Of a stretch of 64,000 nt of DNA, positions 44,823 to 54,793 are shown in pieces. How positions within the stretch are numbered: the stretch's first letter is position 1; the number at the start of each line of letters is the position of its first letter. The notes under the pieces are model-generated. The model saw only the letters and a list, made by a program, of their open reading frames with translations, was not told the origin of the DNA and did no database searches. Both the position numbers and the translations under genes were made by a program. This stretch comes from an uncultured Collinsella sp. (lineage in GTDB: Bacteria > Actinomycetota > Coriobacteriia > Coriobacteriales > Coriobacteriaceae): assembly GCA_900546825.1 (NCBI GenBank), contig UREE01000001.1, forward strand, positions 1,733 to 65,732. The letters are read 5' to 3'.

Positions 44823-45464
44823 CTACATCATCCCGCCTGCTCCCAGCAGCGGGCCCAATATGGACAGAAGCAACGCCGGCAAGATGAGCGTGCCGGTGGG
44901 AATCAGCAGCTTGACGGGTGCACGCTCGATCTCGCGCTCGACCGCGGCGCGATGAGCCGCACGGATCTCGCGACTTTGAGCGGCCAGCGTCTCGGCAAGT
45001 GGGGCACCCAGGGCGAGCGCCTGCCCCACCGTGATGGCAAAGGTCTCGAGCGCTCGCACGTCCAGGTCGCGCGCGGCGGCCAACAACTCGTCCTCACGCG
45101 TGCCCACGCCCACCTGCCACGCCATGCAGGCGCGCTCAAGGCGAAGAGCCAGCACTGACCGGCGGTTGGCGCAGAAAATCTCAAGCGCCGCATCAAACGA
45201 AAGACCGGCCGAAAGACCCAAGCGCACAACATCGATCATCTCGGACACTTCGCCGAGCGACACTCGCGCCGGGCCGCCCGCTCCAACCGCGCCCTTCACT
45301 CGTGCGGTCAGAGCATCGACCACCGAGCGACCCGCGGCAGCGACCAGCACCGCCTCGCGCTTGCAGGCCCCTGCGATCTTGCGTGCATCCGCCCGATCCA
45401 AACCCGTCGCGACAAATACACTCAGGGCGCACAGGCAAGCCGCAACTGCAACCGGGGCGCTCAT
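44823..45464 (-). CDS. tadC: TadC-like type II secretion system F-family membrane protein
   Basis: T2SSF domain; start taken at MSAPVAV (ATGA overlap with tadB stop). Confidence 0.8.
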   Translation of the reverse strand: MSAPVAVAACLCALSVFVATGLDRADARKIAGACKREAVLVAAAGRSVVDALTARVKGAVGAGGPARVSLGEVSEMIDVVRLGLSAGLSFDAALEIFCANRRSVLALRLERACMAWQVGVGTREDELLAAARDLDVRALETFAITVGQALALGAPLAETLAAQSREIRAAHRAAVEREIERAPVKLLIPTGTLILPALLLSILGPLLGAGGMM

Positions 45465-46387
45465 AGCTCCACCCGCATAATGCGCCGGATAACCACCAGG
45501 GCAACGGCGTTGAGGGCAAGACCCAGCACCACAGCGCCCGCGCCGGCAGGCGTCGCAAGACCGCGACGAAAATCTGCCGAAAGCAGCGCCAACACCGCGC
45601 ACATGCCCGCCGGCATCGCCGCGACCATATGCGCAGACATGCGAGCCTGCGACGTCTTAACATCCAGGCGGCGCTTGAGCTCAATGCGCTCCCCCACCAT
45701 GCTCGACGCCTCGGACAGTAAGTCGGCAAGCGGAGCGCCGGTGCGCTGAGACACCTTAAGCGCCAAGGTCACAAGCGAAAGACCGGGGGCGTCGATACGC
45801 ACGAGCAAGTCATCGAGCGCGTCGGTCGCCGAGATGCCGCAATCGATCGCCGCCGCCACCCGCAAAAACTCGGTATGCACTGGCTCTTGCGCATGAGCGC
45901 CCACAAAGCGCATGCCCTGGGCCAGCGAATGTCCCGAGGCAAGCGACATGGAAAGTGCGGTAAACGCCTCGGGCATTGCCTCTTCTGCATCGTGTTGCTC
46001 GCGCCGGCTCTCAAAGCCATCCCGAGCGGCACCAACGGCAAACGGAGCAACAAGTCCCAAGGCAAATCCGAGGGGCGATAACGACACCATCGTTAGTAAA
46101 ACGCAGCAGAGACCGCTCGATAGCAGCAGAAACGCCAAACGTCCCGAAGCATCTTCGATCACGAGGCCAAGGCGATGCGCCGGAGCCAGCGATGCCCACG
46201 AACGGGCGATCTTTTTCAGCAGATCGTTTTCCACCAGCTCACGCGGCAGCTTCTCTGCCACCGTCTCGAGCGCCTGACGTGCCAGCTCCGCCGGCGGTAC
46301 CTGCGGCACACGAGGTTCCGCCCCGCACGCCGTCGCGACAGAAAGCCCTGCCAAGCCCCCTACGACGAGGGGCACAGTGATCTCCAT
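45461..46387 (-). CDS. tadB: TadB-like type II secretion system F-family membrane protein
   Basis: 308 aa with T2SSF domain; overlaps cpaF stop. Confidence 0.8.
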   Translation of the reverse strand: MEITVPLVVGGLAGLSVATACGAEPRVPQVPPAELARQALETVAEKLPRELVENDLLKKIARSWASLAPAHRLGLVIEDASGRLAFLLLSSGLCCVLLTMVSLSPLGFALGLVAPFAVGAARDGFESRREQHDAEEAMPEAFTALSMSLASGHSLAQGMRFVGAHAQEPVHTEFLRVAAAIDCGISATDALDDLLVRIDAPGLSLVTLALKVSQRTGAPLADLLSEASSMVGERIELKRRLDVKTSQARMSAHMVAAMPAGMCAVLALLSADFRRGLATPAGAGAVVLGLALNAVALVVIRRIMRVEL

Positions 46388-47688
46388 TCGTCCACCTCCT
46401 CTTGTGTGAGCGTCCCCGACCGCAGGCCTTCTGCGATAAACGGCGGCTCGCGGTCAAGCGTCCAGGTGCGCTCGGCGGCATCGAACGTCACATAGCGCTC
46501 GAGCTCTACGCCGCCCGATGCGGCGCGTCGCACCCCCGAATACGAGGAGACGAAACGCCTGCCATCGGCGTGACGCTCGGACATCACGATGCCGTCGAGC
46601 GCCATGGCAATCTGCTCCTCGATGAGCTCGCTCGGCAGATCGATGCCATAACGTGCAAGCAACGTCAGACGCACCACGGTCTCCTGTTCTGAACCCGCAT
46701 GAAGTGTGGTGAGCGACCCGTCGTGGCCCGTGTTCATGGCCTGCAACATGTCGCAGCACTCGGCACCGCGCACCTCGCCCACCACGATGCGGTCGGGGCG
46801 CATGCGCAGGGCATTAGTTACCAGGTCGCGGATCGTCACCGCGCCCTCGCCCTCAATTGAAGCCTCGCGCGCCTCTAGGCGCACCACGTGCGGATGATGT
46901 GCAAACTTGAGCTCAGCAGAGTCCTCGATCGTCACGATGCGCTCGCCGGTGGAAATCTCACATGACAACGCGTTGAGCAGGGTGGTCTTACCAGATCCCG
47001 TGCCTCCCGCAACCGCCAGGTCCTGTCGCAGCGACACCGCACACGACAGCAGCTGCGCATACCAAAGCGGCAGCGACCCCAGCCCCACAAGCTCGTCCAG
47101 CGAGCAGATACGGTCCGAGAACTTTCGGATGGTGAGAATCGGTCCGTCAATCGCCACAGGCGGAATCACCGCGTTGACGCGATAGCCCGTTTTGAGGCGG
47201 GCGTTGACGATGGGGCTGCGCTCGTCGATACGGCGACCAAGTGGCGAGATAATGCGGTCGATAAGCACACGGATCTGCTCATCATCCTCAAACGCATGCT
47301 CGATGGGGTACAAGACGCCGCCGCGTTCAAAGAAAGCCGAGCGGCAGCCGTTGATCATGATCTCGGTAACGGTGTCGTCCTCGATGAGCGGCTGCAACGG
47401 CCCCAAGCCCACCACGTCATCCAAAATCTCGTCGATGATGGTCTCGCGCTCGGGCGTCGCGAGATCGGTCGGCTCCTCAACATTGAGCGCCGCCTCCACC
47501 GCAGGACGCAATTCCGAGCGGGCAAGTGCCGGGTCGATATAGGCGCTGATACGCGCCACTTCGTCGTAACCCATGCGGTCCATCACGGCGCGCTTGGTGC
47601 GTCGTTTCACGGCGCGGCGACGCCCCGCATCTACAGGCGCTGCCGCCGCCGCAGCGCCGGCAGCCTTAATCCTCGTTTGCAGGCTCAT
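46360..47688 (-). CDS. cpaF: CpaF/TadA pilus assembly ATPase
   Basis: Walker [19 protein letters not shown], Asp/His boxes, VirB11-type secretion ATPase architecture. Confidence 0.92.
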   Translation of the reverse strand: MSLQTRIKAAGAAAAAAPVDAGRRRAVKRRTKRAVMDRMGYDEVARISAYIDPALARSELRPAVEAALNVEEPTDLATPERETIIDEILDDVVGLGPLQPLIEDDTVTEIMINGCRSAFFERGGVLYPIEHAFEDDEQIRVLIDRIISPLGRRIDERSPIVNARLKTGYRVNAVIPPVAIDGPILTIRKFSDRICSLDELVGLGSLPLWYAQLLSCAVSLRQDLAVAGGTGSGKTTLLNALSCEISTGERIVTIEDSAELKFAHHPHVVRLEAREASIEGEGAVTIRDLVTNALRMRPDRIVVGEVRGAECCDMLQAMNTGHDGSLTTLHAGSEQETVVRLTLLARYGIDLPSELIEEQIAMALDGIVMSERHADGRRFVSSYSGVRRAASGGVELERYVTFDAAERTWTLDREPPFIAEGLRSGTLTQEEVDEWRSLCPSS

Positions 47689-49337
47689 CGCTGATCACCC
47701 TCGCGCGACCAGGGAAGGCGGATACGCGGGCGTTCGGTGCGCGTTGCACGGTCGGCGACCATATCGCTCCAAGGGCCGACGGCGCACCCCAGTTCCACGA
47801 GCATCTCGCGCGTGGCCTCGCGCACGCTAGTCGCAAAAGCGCTGGTCTGCCCCACTGCCTCGTCAGCGCGCCCAAACGCCATGAGCGCGGCGAGATCCTG
47901 CCCGCCATCGGCGATACGAATCTTGGAGCTTAACGCACAGGCAATCTCAAAGCGCATGGCGACGTCCTCGTCTGCCCCGCGCGCACCGAACCGGTTGAAC
48001 ACGGCGCTCATGCGCGTGCGCGGCACACCTACTCGACCTGCCAGTTCAATGACGCGCGATGCCGATGCCGCGGACGACACCGCCGCATCGCCAACGACCA
48101 GGCAACGGTCGCTCGCCGCCACCGCAGCCGCCACGGCGTCGCCCCAAAAGACCGAGGTATCGATAAAGACCACGTCGGATTCGCGACGCAGAACATCAAG
48201 CAGTAGCTCCACCGGACGCGCCATGAGCTCGGCTTGCTCGGGCGCTGCGACGGGACCCCAGAGCGTAACGCCCGGTGCCACGCGCATCGATGTGGCTACG
48301 ATATCCGGCTCGGTGAGCGTGCCCGCCGCCGACGGCTCGATAAGTGCCGCCATATCGCGCGGAGCATCGACGCCTAACAAGTCGTAAAGGTTTCCAAACA
48401 TCAGGTCCAGGTCGAGCACGGCGGCACGCAAGCCCAACAGCGACGATGTGTGTGCCATGGTGGCAACGATCGTCGACTTGCCGCAACCGCCCGAACCCGA
48501 AATGGCGCAGATGACCGGAGCTCGATGCGGCGAAGCGGCAGCGTCTGCCGGCGGCATCGGAGGCGGCGGGGCGGGCGTCGGTGACAGCGTCCCCGTCTCC
48601 CCCGCCGCAACCACGTGCTGCGTCCAAGCCGGCATGGCTGCTTGTTCGGTCTGCGAGGCAGGCTCGTTCTGCGCAATCTGCTCATGCTGCATCAGCGACA
48701 ACTCGCCGCACCCGGCAAAGCCCTCAACTTCATCGAGTTCATCCGCCAGATTCACGCCGTGCACGTATCCCATATCTACAGCCGGGGAATCGCCAGCATG
48801 CTGCGCCGGCCCTCCAGCGTCATCGTATACAAGGGGGTTCCGGGGGCGCCGACCATGCTCGGCTTCCGCTTTTCCATAATCATCAACACGCGGGCCTCTT
48901 GTAGCGCGAGGCGCCCCGGGTTCCCTATCAACAAAAGCATCGGGCTCAATCGTCATGCTCCGATCGGAATCAACCGCTCCCTCGCCCGCGCGCCCGTTGC
49001 CGCATATACTGTGTGCAGCGATGACCTCGGTCGCCCCCGCGCGAAACAGCCCCTCGATATCCGACGGATCGAGCGCTTCTATCAACACGACCACGCGACT
49101 CACGCGGCCTTCGGCCGTCAGGCGCGCAACAGTCTTGCGCACATCTTCGGTATCAAACAGAGACGCCGCGATGATGGCAGCCCCGCGGCGCGACGGAAAC
49201 GCCCGCGCCATGGAAACCAGCCCGTCCAGGTCACCCACGCGAAGCACCTGTGCACCCACATCACGGCCCTCGACTTCCCGCTGCAACAGCCCGTAATCGC
49301 CGCACGCGCAGCACGCAAGCCAGATCGCCTTCATCAC
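47685..49337 (-). CDS. TadZ/CpaE-like pilus localisation ATPase (ParA/MinD-like with N-terminal REC-like domain and Pro/Ala-rich linker)
   Basis: Deviant Walker A ISGSGGCGKSTIVATMA; N-terminal receiver-like fold; 550 aa. Confidence 0.8.
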   Translation of the reverse strand: MMKAIWLACCACGDYGLLQREVEGRDVGAQVLRVGDLDGLVSMARAFPSRRGAAIIAASLFDTEDVRKTVARLTAEGRVSRVVVLIEALDPSDIEGLFRAGATEVIAAHSICGNGRAGEGAVDSDRSMTIEPDAFVDREPGAPRATRGPRVDDYGKAEAEHGRRPRNPLVYDDAGGPAQHAGDSPAVDMGYVHGVNLADELDEVEGFAGCGELSLMQHEQIAQNEPASQTEQAAMPAWTQHVVAAGETGTLSPTPAPPPPMPPADAAASPHRAPVICAISGSGGCGKSTIVATMAHTSSLLGLRAAVLDLDLMFGNLYDLLGVDAPRDMAALIEPSAAGTLTEPDIVATSMRVAPGVTLWGPVAAPEQAELMARPVELLLDVLRRESDVVFIDTSVFWGDAVAAAVAASDRCLVVGDAAVSSAASASRVIELAGRVGVPRTRMSAVFNRFGARGADEDVAMRFEIACALSSKIRIADGGQDLAALMAFGRADEAVGQTSAFATSVREATREMLVELGCAVGPWSDMVADRATRTERPRIRLPWSREGDQR

Positions 49338-50008
49338 TCGTCGCCTCCGCTCTTTTTGCCGCGCGCCGTGGCGGGAATCGTCAAGCTGACCGTTCCCTTG
49401 CCCGAGGCTCCCAGCAGTTCCTTGACGTCTTCGGGGTCAGCCGCCAGCGTCACCCATTCGATCTTGCCCTCGCGCGTGGCACCGGAATCCTCACTGGTAT
49501 CGATCACGTGCGCGCCGCACAGCCGATCGGTCACGCCGTCCTTTTGCACGTACACGTCCACGTAGCTGCCCACGCCCGTGGCACCGCCGACCGAGTGCTC
49601 GGCATCGACCGCCACCGAAACGGCAACCTTGCCCTTAGGCACCTCGAGCTTGCGGCTCTCGGCCTTGGTGTAGACATTGCAGATCACGGCGTTTTTGGGA
49701 ATACGCGAAGTCGTCACGTCGCCGCGCACCTGGCGCAGCTCGGTCGCTGCGTCACGCGGCAGCAGGCTCGTCAGCCATTCCTGGGTTATGACATTGGTCT
49801 CATCGAGGGTCTCGCCCACATCGATATCGCGCGCCGCGACGCAAACCTCGACGCGATCGCCACCGTACTTGGCCAAGGTCTCAGCCTGGACCTGTTCGGC
49901 TTGCGAGCGGATCGACGAGCCGTAAACCATGCAGAGCAGAGCAGCGAGCACGCCCGCGACCAGACTGACGGCGATGCGCTTGCTCTTGTTCACGGCCGCT
50001 CCTCTCAT
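49334..50008 (-). CDS. cpaB: CpaB/RcpC-family Flp pilus assembly protein
   Basis: N-terminal TM, SAF domain (VCVAARDIDVGETLDETNV) and RcpC beta-clip C-terminus. Confidence 0.8.
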   Translation of the reverse strand: MRGAAVNKSKRIAVSLVAGVLAALLCMVYGSSIRSQAEQVQAETLAKYGGDRVEVCVAARDIDVGETLDETNVITQEWLTSLLPRDAATELRQVRGDVTTSRIPKNAVICNVYTKAESRKLEVPKGKVAVSVAVDAEHSVGGATGVGSYVDVYVQKDGVTDRLCGAHVIDTSEDSGATREGKIEWVTLAADPEDVKELLGASGKGTVSLTIPATARGKKSGGDE

Positions 50009-50195
50009 GGCAGTGCCGGGCGAATGCCCGTACCACCATTGTCTGAGCGGTCAGAGTGCAAAGCGGCGCAATCGCAATCTTGGTTTTCGATGTCAAACCA
50101 ATCGCTGACCAAAAGCTGACCAGCCCGTCAAGCTCGTGGCAAGGTTTTGGTCAGCACGTCAGCAAACTGTATGTTTCGAAGCTTTTCCGCAGCAA

Positions 50196-50236
50196 AAAAA
50201 GCCGTCTCCCGAACAGTTGGGAGACGGCTGTCATAG
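50196..50236 (-). terminator. rho-independent terminator after rsgA
   Basis: Minus strand reads AGCCGTCTCCC-AACTGTTC-GGGAGACGGCT followed by TTTTTTT. Confidence 0.8.
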
Positions 50237-50246
50237 GAAAAATCAA

Positions 50247-51533
50247 TTACAGATGGACATCGGGATCGAGCATTTGAGCGCTCACGCGCATGGATGACGC
50301 CAGGTTTTGGAACGTTTCCAGACGCAGGCTATCGATCTGCCCGGCGTCCTCGGCCTCGCGAACGGCGCAGCCCGGCTCATGGGTATGCGTGCAATCGCCA
50401 AACCGGCACGCGCGCGATGCCTCGACAATCTCGGGGAAAGCGCGCGCCAGACCCCGCTCGTGACCCACGAGCGGCAGGCTGCGCAGGCCCGGGGCATCGG
50501 CGATCACGCCGGCGTCGCCCGGCAGTGCCACCATCACGCGCGCGACGGTAGTGTGACGGCCCTGATCGTCGCGTTCGCGCACACCGCCGGTCGCCAACGT
50601 ATCGTGGCCCAGCAGCGCATTGAGCAGCGTCGACTTGCCGGCACCCGACTCGCCCAGAATCATGGCGCAGCTCCCGGCGGGCACGCAGGCACGGACCTCG
50701 TCCAGGCCGCGGCCCTCGGCAGAGGACGTCACGATCACACGCACGTCCGGACCCACCAGGCGGCGCGCGCGGTCCAGATCGCGCTCGAGCTCCTCGGCAT
50801 CGCAGCGATCAGCTTTGGTGAGTACCACCACCGGCTCGGCATCGCAGTCGAGCGCCAACACCAGCGAGCGCGCCACGCGGTCGAGCAGCACCTCACCGGC
50901 ACCGAGCGCCTGCACGATTAGCACGCTATCCACGTTGGAGCAGAGCACCTGGCGCTCTCCGCGGGCACGGCCGCGCCAACGCTCAAAGCTCGTACGGCGC
51001 GGCAGCACGCATTCAATCACGCCCATATCGTGCCCGGGAGCGCGGCGCACCGCCACACGATCGCCCACGGCAGGCAGCAGGACCTCGTCCCCACCGCGCG
51101 ACTTGGCAAATCCCACGGCATGCTCGGCGCGGAAGGTATCGTCGGCAGTCGCCACCAGCGGAAACCCACGATCCAAGCGCACCACGGCGCCAAGTTGCAT
51201 CTGCTCGGGCTCCTCGGCATGTGCGCAGAAATCATCAAAGGCAGCCTGCTGAGCTTCATCGACCGGCAGGTCATCAAACGCCGGAACATCCTGCAGCGCG
51301 TCAAGCCCCGGTACACTCGCCAGCAACTCCTCAGCAGATGCAGGGGGTTCGGTCGCGAGCTTCCGACGACGATCGCGCTTAGCCCGCGCCCCCGTCGTCT
51401 TTTTCTTCGCTTTAGCCTTAGCCTTGCCCACAGATGCCTCCCAGCACAAAACCACACAACTGAGCAGGTATTTTAAATCAAAAAGAGCTGGCCGGGCAAA
51501 GCCCGACCAGCTCACAAACTTTCCCTCAGCCAA
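50247..51533 (-). CDS. rsgA: ribosome small-subunit-dependent GTPase A (RsgA/YjeQ) with Lys/Ala-rich N-terminal extension
   Basis: Circularly permuted GTPase motifs (ILGESGAGKSTLLNAL, DTPG-like); C-terminal zinc finger CRFGDCTHTHEPGC. Confidence 0.88.
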   Translation of the reverse strand: MAEGKFVSWSGFARPALFDLKYLLSCVVLCWEASVGKAKAKAKKKTTGARAKRDRRRKLATEPPASAEELLASVPGLDALQDVPAFDDLPVDEAQQAAFDDFCAHAEEPEQMQLGAVVRLDRGFPLVATADDTFRAEHAVGFAKSRGGDEVLLPAVGDRVAVRRAPGHDMGVIECVLPRRTSFERWRGRARGERQVLCSNVDSVLIVQALGAGEVLLDRVARSLVLALDCDAEPVVVLTKADRCDAEELERDLDRARRLVGPDVRVIVTSSAEGRGLDEVRACVPAGSCAMILGESGAGKSTLLNALLGHDTLATGGVRERDDQGRHTTVARVMVALPGDAGVIADAPGLRSLPLVGHERGLARAFPEIVEASRACRFGDCTHTHEPGCAVREAEDAGQIDSLRLETFQNLASSMRVSAQMLDPDVHL

Positions 51534-51550
51534 TGGTCCCGAGAGGTTAT

Positions 51551-51656
51551 CCGAAGGCCCGCCCGCCGGGAGGGGTTTCTTCCGAGCGATCCCGCAGCGC
51601 GAAGCGCGAGGACCAGCGAGGAAGAAACCCCGCAGGCGGTCGGGCCGGTGGGAAGG
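51551..51656. repeat. about 105-bp nested-hairpin repeat element (family copy 1)
   Basis: GGGGTTTCTTCC...GGAAGAAACCCC 12-bp perfect stem with extended GC-rich outer stem. Core ATCCCGCAGCGCGAAGCGCGAGGAC shared with 60314-60408. Confidence 0.7.
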
Positions 51657-51669
51657 ATGGCCTTTCGAC

Positions 51670-54351
51670 CTACTCCTTCTCGACCGCGCGCATGATCGCC
51701 TTGTAGATCTCCATCAGCGGGATGATCAGGAAGGCCAGGCCCAGGGCAGCGACAACGCCCTTGAGCTCAAGCGTCACGGGGCCAAAGAACATCTCGGCAA
51801 GCGTCGGCTGCACGGTTACGATCACCGTCAGCACCAGTGCCAGCGCGGCGGAAGCCCACAGCCACTTGTTCTGCTTTTTCATGGTGAACAGCGACGCACG
51901 ACGGCTGCGCATATTGAAGCAGTGGAAAATCTCAACCATGTTGAGCGTGATGAACGCCATCATCACGCCTTCCTCGTCGGCATTGCCGGCGATCATATCG
52001 GCGATGTGGATGTAGCCCATGTCAAAGTACACGCCCACAAAGAAGCTCGCCAGCACCAGCACGGTGATGATAAGGCCCTGGACCACACAGTCCAGGCCCA
52101 TATGTCCGGCAAAGACACCGTCCTTGGCGTTGCGCGGCTTGCGCTTCATGATATCGCCCTCGGCGTCCTCCATGCCCAACGCGAGCGCGGGGAAGCAGTC
52201 GGTGACCAGGTTCACCCACAGCAGCTGCACCGGCTGGAAGATGGTAAAGCCGATGAGCGTGGCGATAAACACCGAGAAGACCTCGGCAAGGTTAGCCGAA
52301 AGCAGGAACTGGATGACCTTGCGGATGTTGTCGTAGATGCGACGACCTTCTTCGCAGGCGCCGATGATGGTAGCGAAGTTGTCATCGGCAAGTACCATGT
52401 CGGCGACGTTCTTGGTGACGTCGGTACCGGTGATGCCCATACCAACGCCAATGTCGGCGCGCTTGATGGACGGGGCGTCGTTGACGCCATCGCCCGTCAT
52501 GGCCACGATCTGGTCGCGCGACTTCCAAGCCTCGACGATGCGTGTCTTGTGCTCGGGCTGGACGCGGGCGTACACGCCGTAGTCCTCGATGTGCGCGTCG
52601 AGTTCCTCGTCGCTCATGCGATCGAGGTCGGCACCGGTGATGGCATGGCTGCGATCAGTGACGATGCCCAGCTGCTTGGCGATGGCCACGGCGGTGTCGA
52701 TGTGGTCGCCCGTGATCATGACGGTGCGAATGCCAGCGTCGTGGGCCTCGCGGATGGCTTCGGCGACCTCGGGACGAACCGGGTCAATCATGCCGGACAG
52801 GCCGCAGAAGACCAGGTCGTGCTCGAGCGCAGCGGGGCTGCAGTCGCTCGGGACCTCGGTGTAGGTGCGGCTTGCCAGCGCCAGCACACGCAGGGCCTCG
52901 TCGGCCATGGCCTTGTTGGCGGCCACGAGCTCGGCACGACGCTCCTCGGTCAGGGGGACGACCTTATCGCCCTCGTAGATATGGGTGCACAGGCCGATCA
53001 CCACGTCGGGCGCGCCCTTGGTGTACTGCTCATACTCGCCGTCAAGGGTCTCGACGACCACGGACATCATCTTGCGGCCCGAGTCAAACGGGGCCTCGCC
53101 CACGCGCGGATGCTCGGCAGTCAGGCCAGTGAGGCCCGCCTTGCCGGCGTCGTTGACGAGCGCGCACTCAGTCGGCTCGCCCACGGCCTCGCCCAGCTCC
53201 TCGTCCCACTGAGCATCGGAGCACAGCGCCATGCCGGCCAGGAACTTCTCCTTGGGCGCAGCGAGCTCGTGCTTGACGACGGTCATCTTGTTTTGGGTAA
53301 GGGTACCGGTCTTGTCGGAGCAGATGGTCTGCGTGCAGCCGAGAGTCTCGACGGCAGAGAGCTTGCGGATGATTGCCTGGCGCTTAGCCATCTTGGTCAC
53401 GCCAAGCGATAGCACGATGGTCACGACGGCGACCAGGCCCTCGGGGATGGCAGCGACGGCGAGCGAGACGGCGACCATAAAGGTATCGAGCAGGGCGGTC
53501 GGGTCGGTAAGAACGTTGCCCACGCCGTGGCGGATGATATCAACGCCAAAGATGACGACGCAGATGACGATAACCATAATGGTAAGGATGCGGCTGAGCT
53601 CGGCGAGCTTCACTTGCAACGGCGTGAGCTCTTCCTTGGCCTCGGCCAGGGCGCCGGCGATCTTGCCCATCTCGGTGTTCATGCCGGTGCCGACCACGAC
53701 GGCGCGACCACGGCCGTACACGACGGTGGAGCCCATATAGCACATGTTCTTACGGTCGCCGAGCGGCACGTCATCGGTGCCCGCAGCGAGCTCGATCACG
53801 TTGGCGTGCTTCTCTACGGGCACGGACTCGCCGGTGAGCGCGGCCTCTTCGATCTTCATCGTGGCGCTCTCGAGCACGCGGCAGTCGGCCGGGACGGAGT
53901 CGCCCGCCTCGAGCATGATCACGTCGCCGGGCACGAGCTCGGCGCTCGGCAGGTGCACGAGCTTGCCGTCGCGCAGCACCTTGGACTGCGCCGCACTCAT
54001 CTCCTGCAGGGCCTCGAGGGCCTCCTCGCTCTTGGCTTCCTGGACCACGCCCAGCACCGAGTTGACGATAACGACGAACATGATGATGGCAACATCGGCA
54101 AAGTCGGGCTCGCCCTTGACCATGCCCGTGAGCGCACTGATGACGGCGGCAACGATCAGCATGATGACCATGGGGTCGGCCATCTGCTCAAAGAAACGCT
54201 TCCACAGCGGTGTCTTCTCGGCTTCCTCGAGCTTGTTAGGGCCTGTCTTGGCGAGGCGCGAAGACGCCTCGTCGTTGCTCAGGCCGAGGTTCTCATCGAC
54301 ACCTTGGTCGCTGAGCACCTCCGCCGCGGCGGACAGGTATTCCTTTTGCAT
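51670..54351 (-). CDS. P-type cation-transporting ATPase, PMCA/SERCA-like (probable Ca2+ pump)
   Basis: ICSDKTGTLTQN phosphorylation motif, TGDGVNDAPSIKRADIGVGMG hinge, 10 TM; 893 aa. Confidence 0.88.
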   Translation of the reverse strand: MQKEYLSAAAEVLSDQGVDENLGLSNDEASSRLAKTGPNKLEEAEKTPLWKRFFEQMADPMVIMLIVAAVISALTGMVKGEPDFADVAIIMFVVIVNSVLGVVQEAKSEEALEALQEMSAAQSKVLRDGKLVHLPSAELVPGDVIMLEAGDSVPADCRVLESATMKIEEAALTGESVPVEKHANVIELAAGTDDVPLGDRKNMCYMGSTVVYGRGRAVVVGTGMNTEMGKIAGALAEAKEELTPLQVKLAELSRILTIMVIVICVVIFGVDIIRHGVGNVLTDPTALLDTFMVAVSLAVAAIPEGLVAVVTIVLSLGVTKMAKRQAIIRKLSAVETLGCTQTICSDKTGTLTQNKMTVVKHELAAPKEKFLAGMALCSDAQWDEELGEAVGEPTECALVNDAGKAGLTGLTAEHPRVGEAPFDSGRKMMSVVVETLDGEYEQYTKGAPDVVIGLCTHIYEGDKVVPLTEERRAELVAANKAMADEALRVLALASRTYTEVPSDCSPAALEHDLVFCGLSGMIDPVRPEVAEAIREAHDAGIRTVMITGDHIDTAVAIAKQLGIVTDRSHAITGADLDRMSDEELDAHIEDYGVYARVQPEHKTRIVEAWKSRDQIVAMTGDGVNDAPSIKRADIGVGMGITGTDVTKNVADMVLADDNFATIIGACEEGRRIYDNIRKVIQFLLSANLAEVFSVFIATLIGFTIFQPVQLLWVNLVTDCFPALALGMEDAEGDIMKRKPRNAKDGVFAGHMGLDCVVQGLIITVLVLASFFVGVYFDMGYIHIADMIAGNADEEGVMMAFITLNMVEIFHCFNMRSRRASLFTMKKQNKWLWASAALALVLTVIVTVQPTLAEMFFGPVTLELKGVVAALGLAFLIIPLMEIYKAIMRAVEKE

Positions 54352-54699
54352 ATAGAGTCCCCTCCTGGGATTCGGGCCACTCAGCAGATTGATGCCCGAT
54401 CATAATTCCCAGGAGAAGGGCAAGGGCTCATCAAGGCTGCCGTGCTGAGCGGCAGTTGATAGTGGAGCTATGGTACCCCAAAGCGACGCGTCTAGCCAAA
54501 ACAATCGGTTTGGAAATATGGTCCGCACGCAACGGTGCAGACCGTGTGATGCTCAACATTGGTAAAACGTTTTTTCTTCGGCACATCGCCAAACTGACAT
54601 ATCTCCCAGATAGCAGCGGTTGGAGTGGTTGGTAAAGATTTTTCATATACCGTTTTTCCCGCAAAAAATGAACTTCCATTTCGGCATACGGTCGATTTT

Positions 54700-54730
54700 T
54701 TGGGGTATTCGGTCGGCATTTCGTTATAAT
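54700..54730 (+). promoter_or_regulatory. candidate sigma-70-type promoter for pyk
   Basis: TTGGGG (54700-05), 19-nt spacer, TATAAT (54725-30), in an AT-rich divergent intergenic region 64 nt upstream of the pyk ATG. RBS GGAGG at 54783. Confidence 0.35.
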
Positions 54731-54793
54731 CATCTCGGTTTTATTTCTTATGGTTTATCTATCAGCGCAAGACGATGTCAGATGGAGGTCTGA

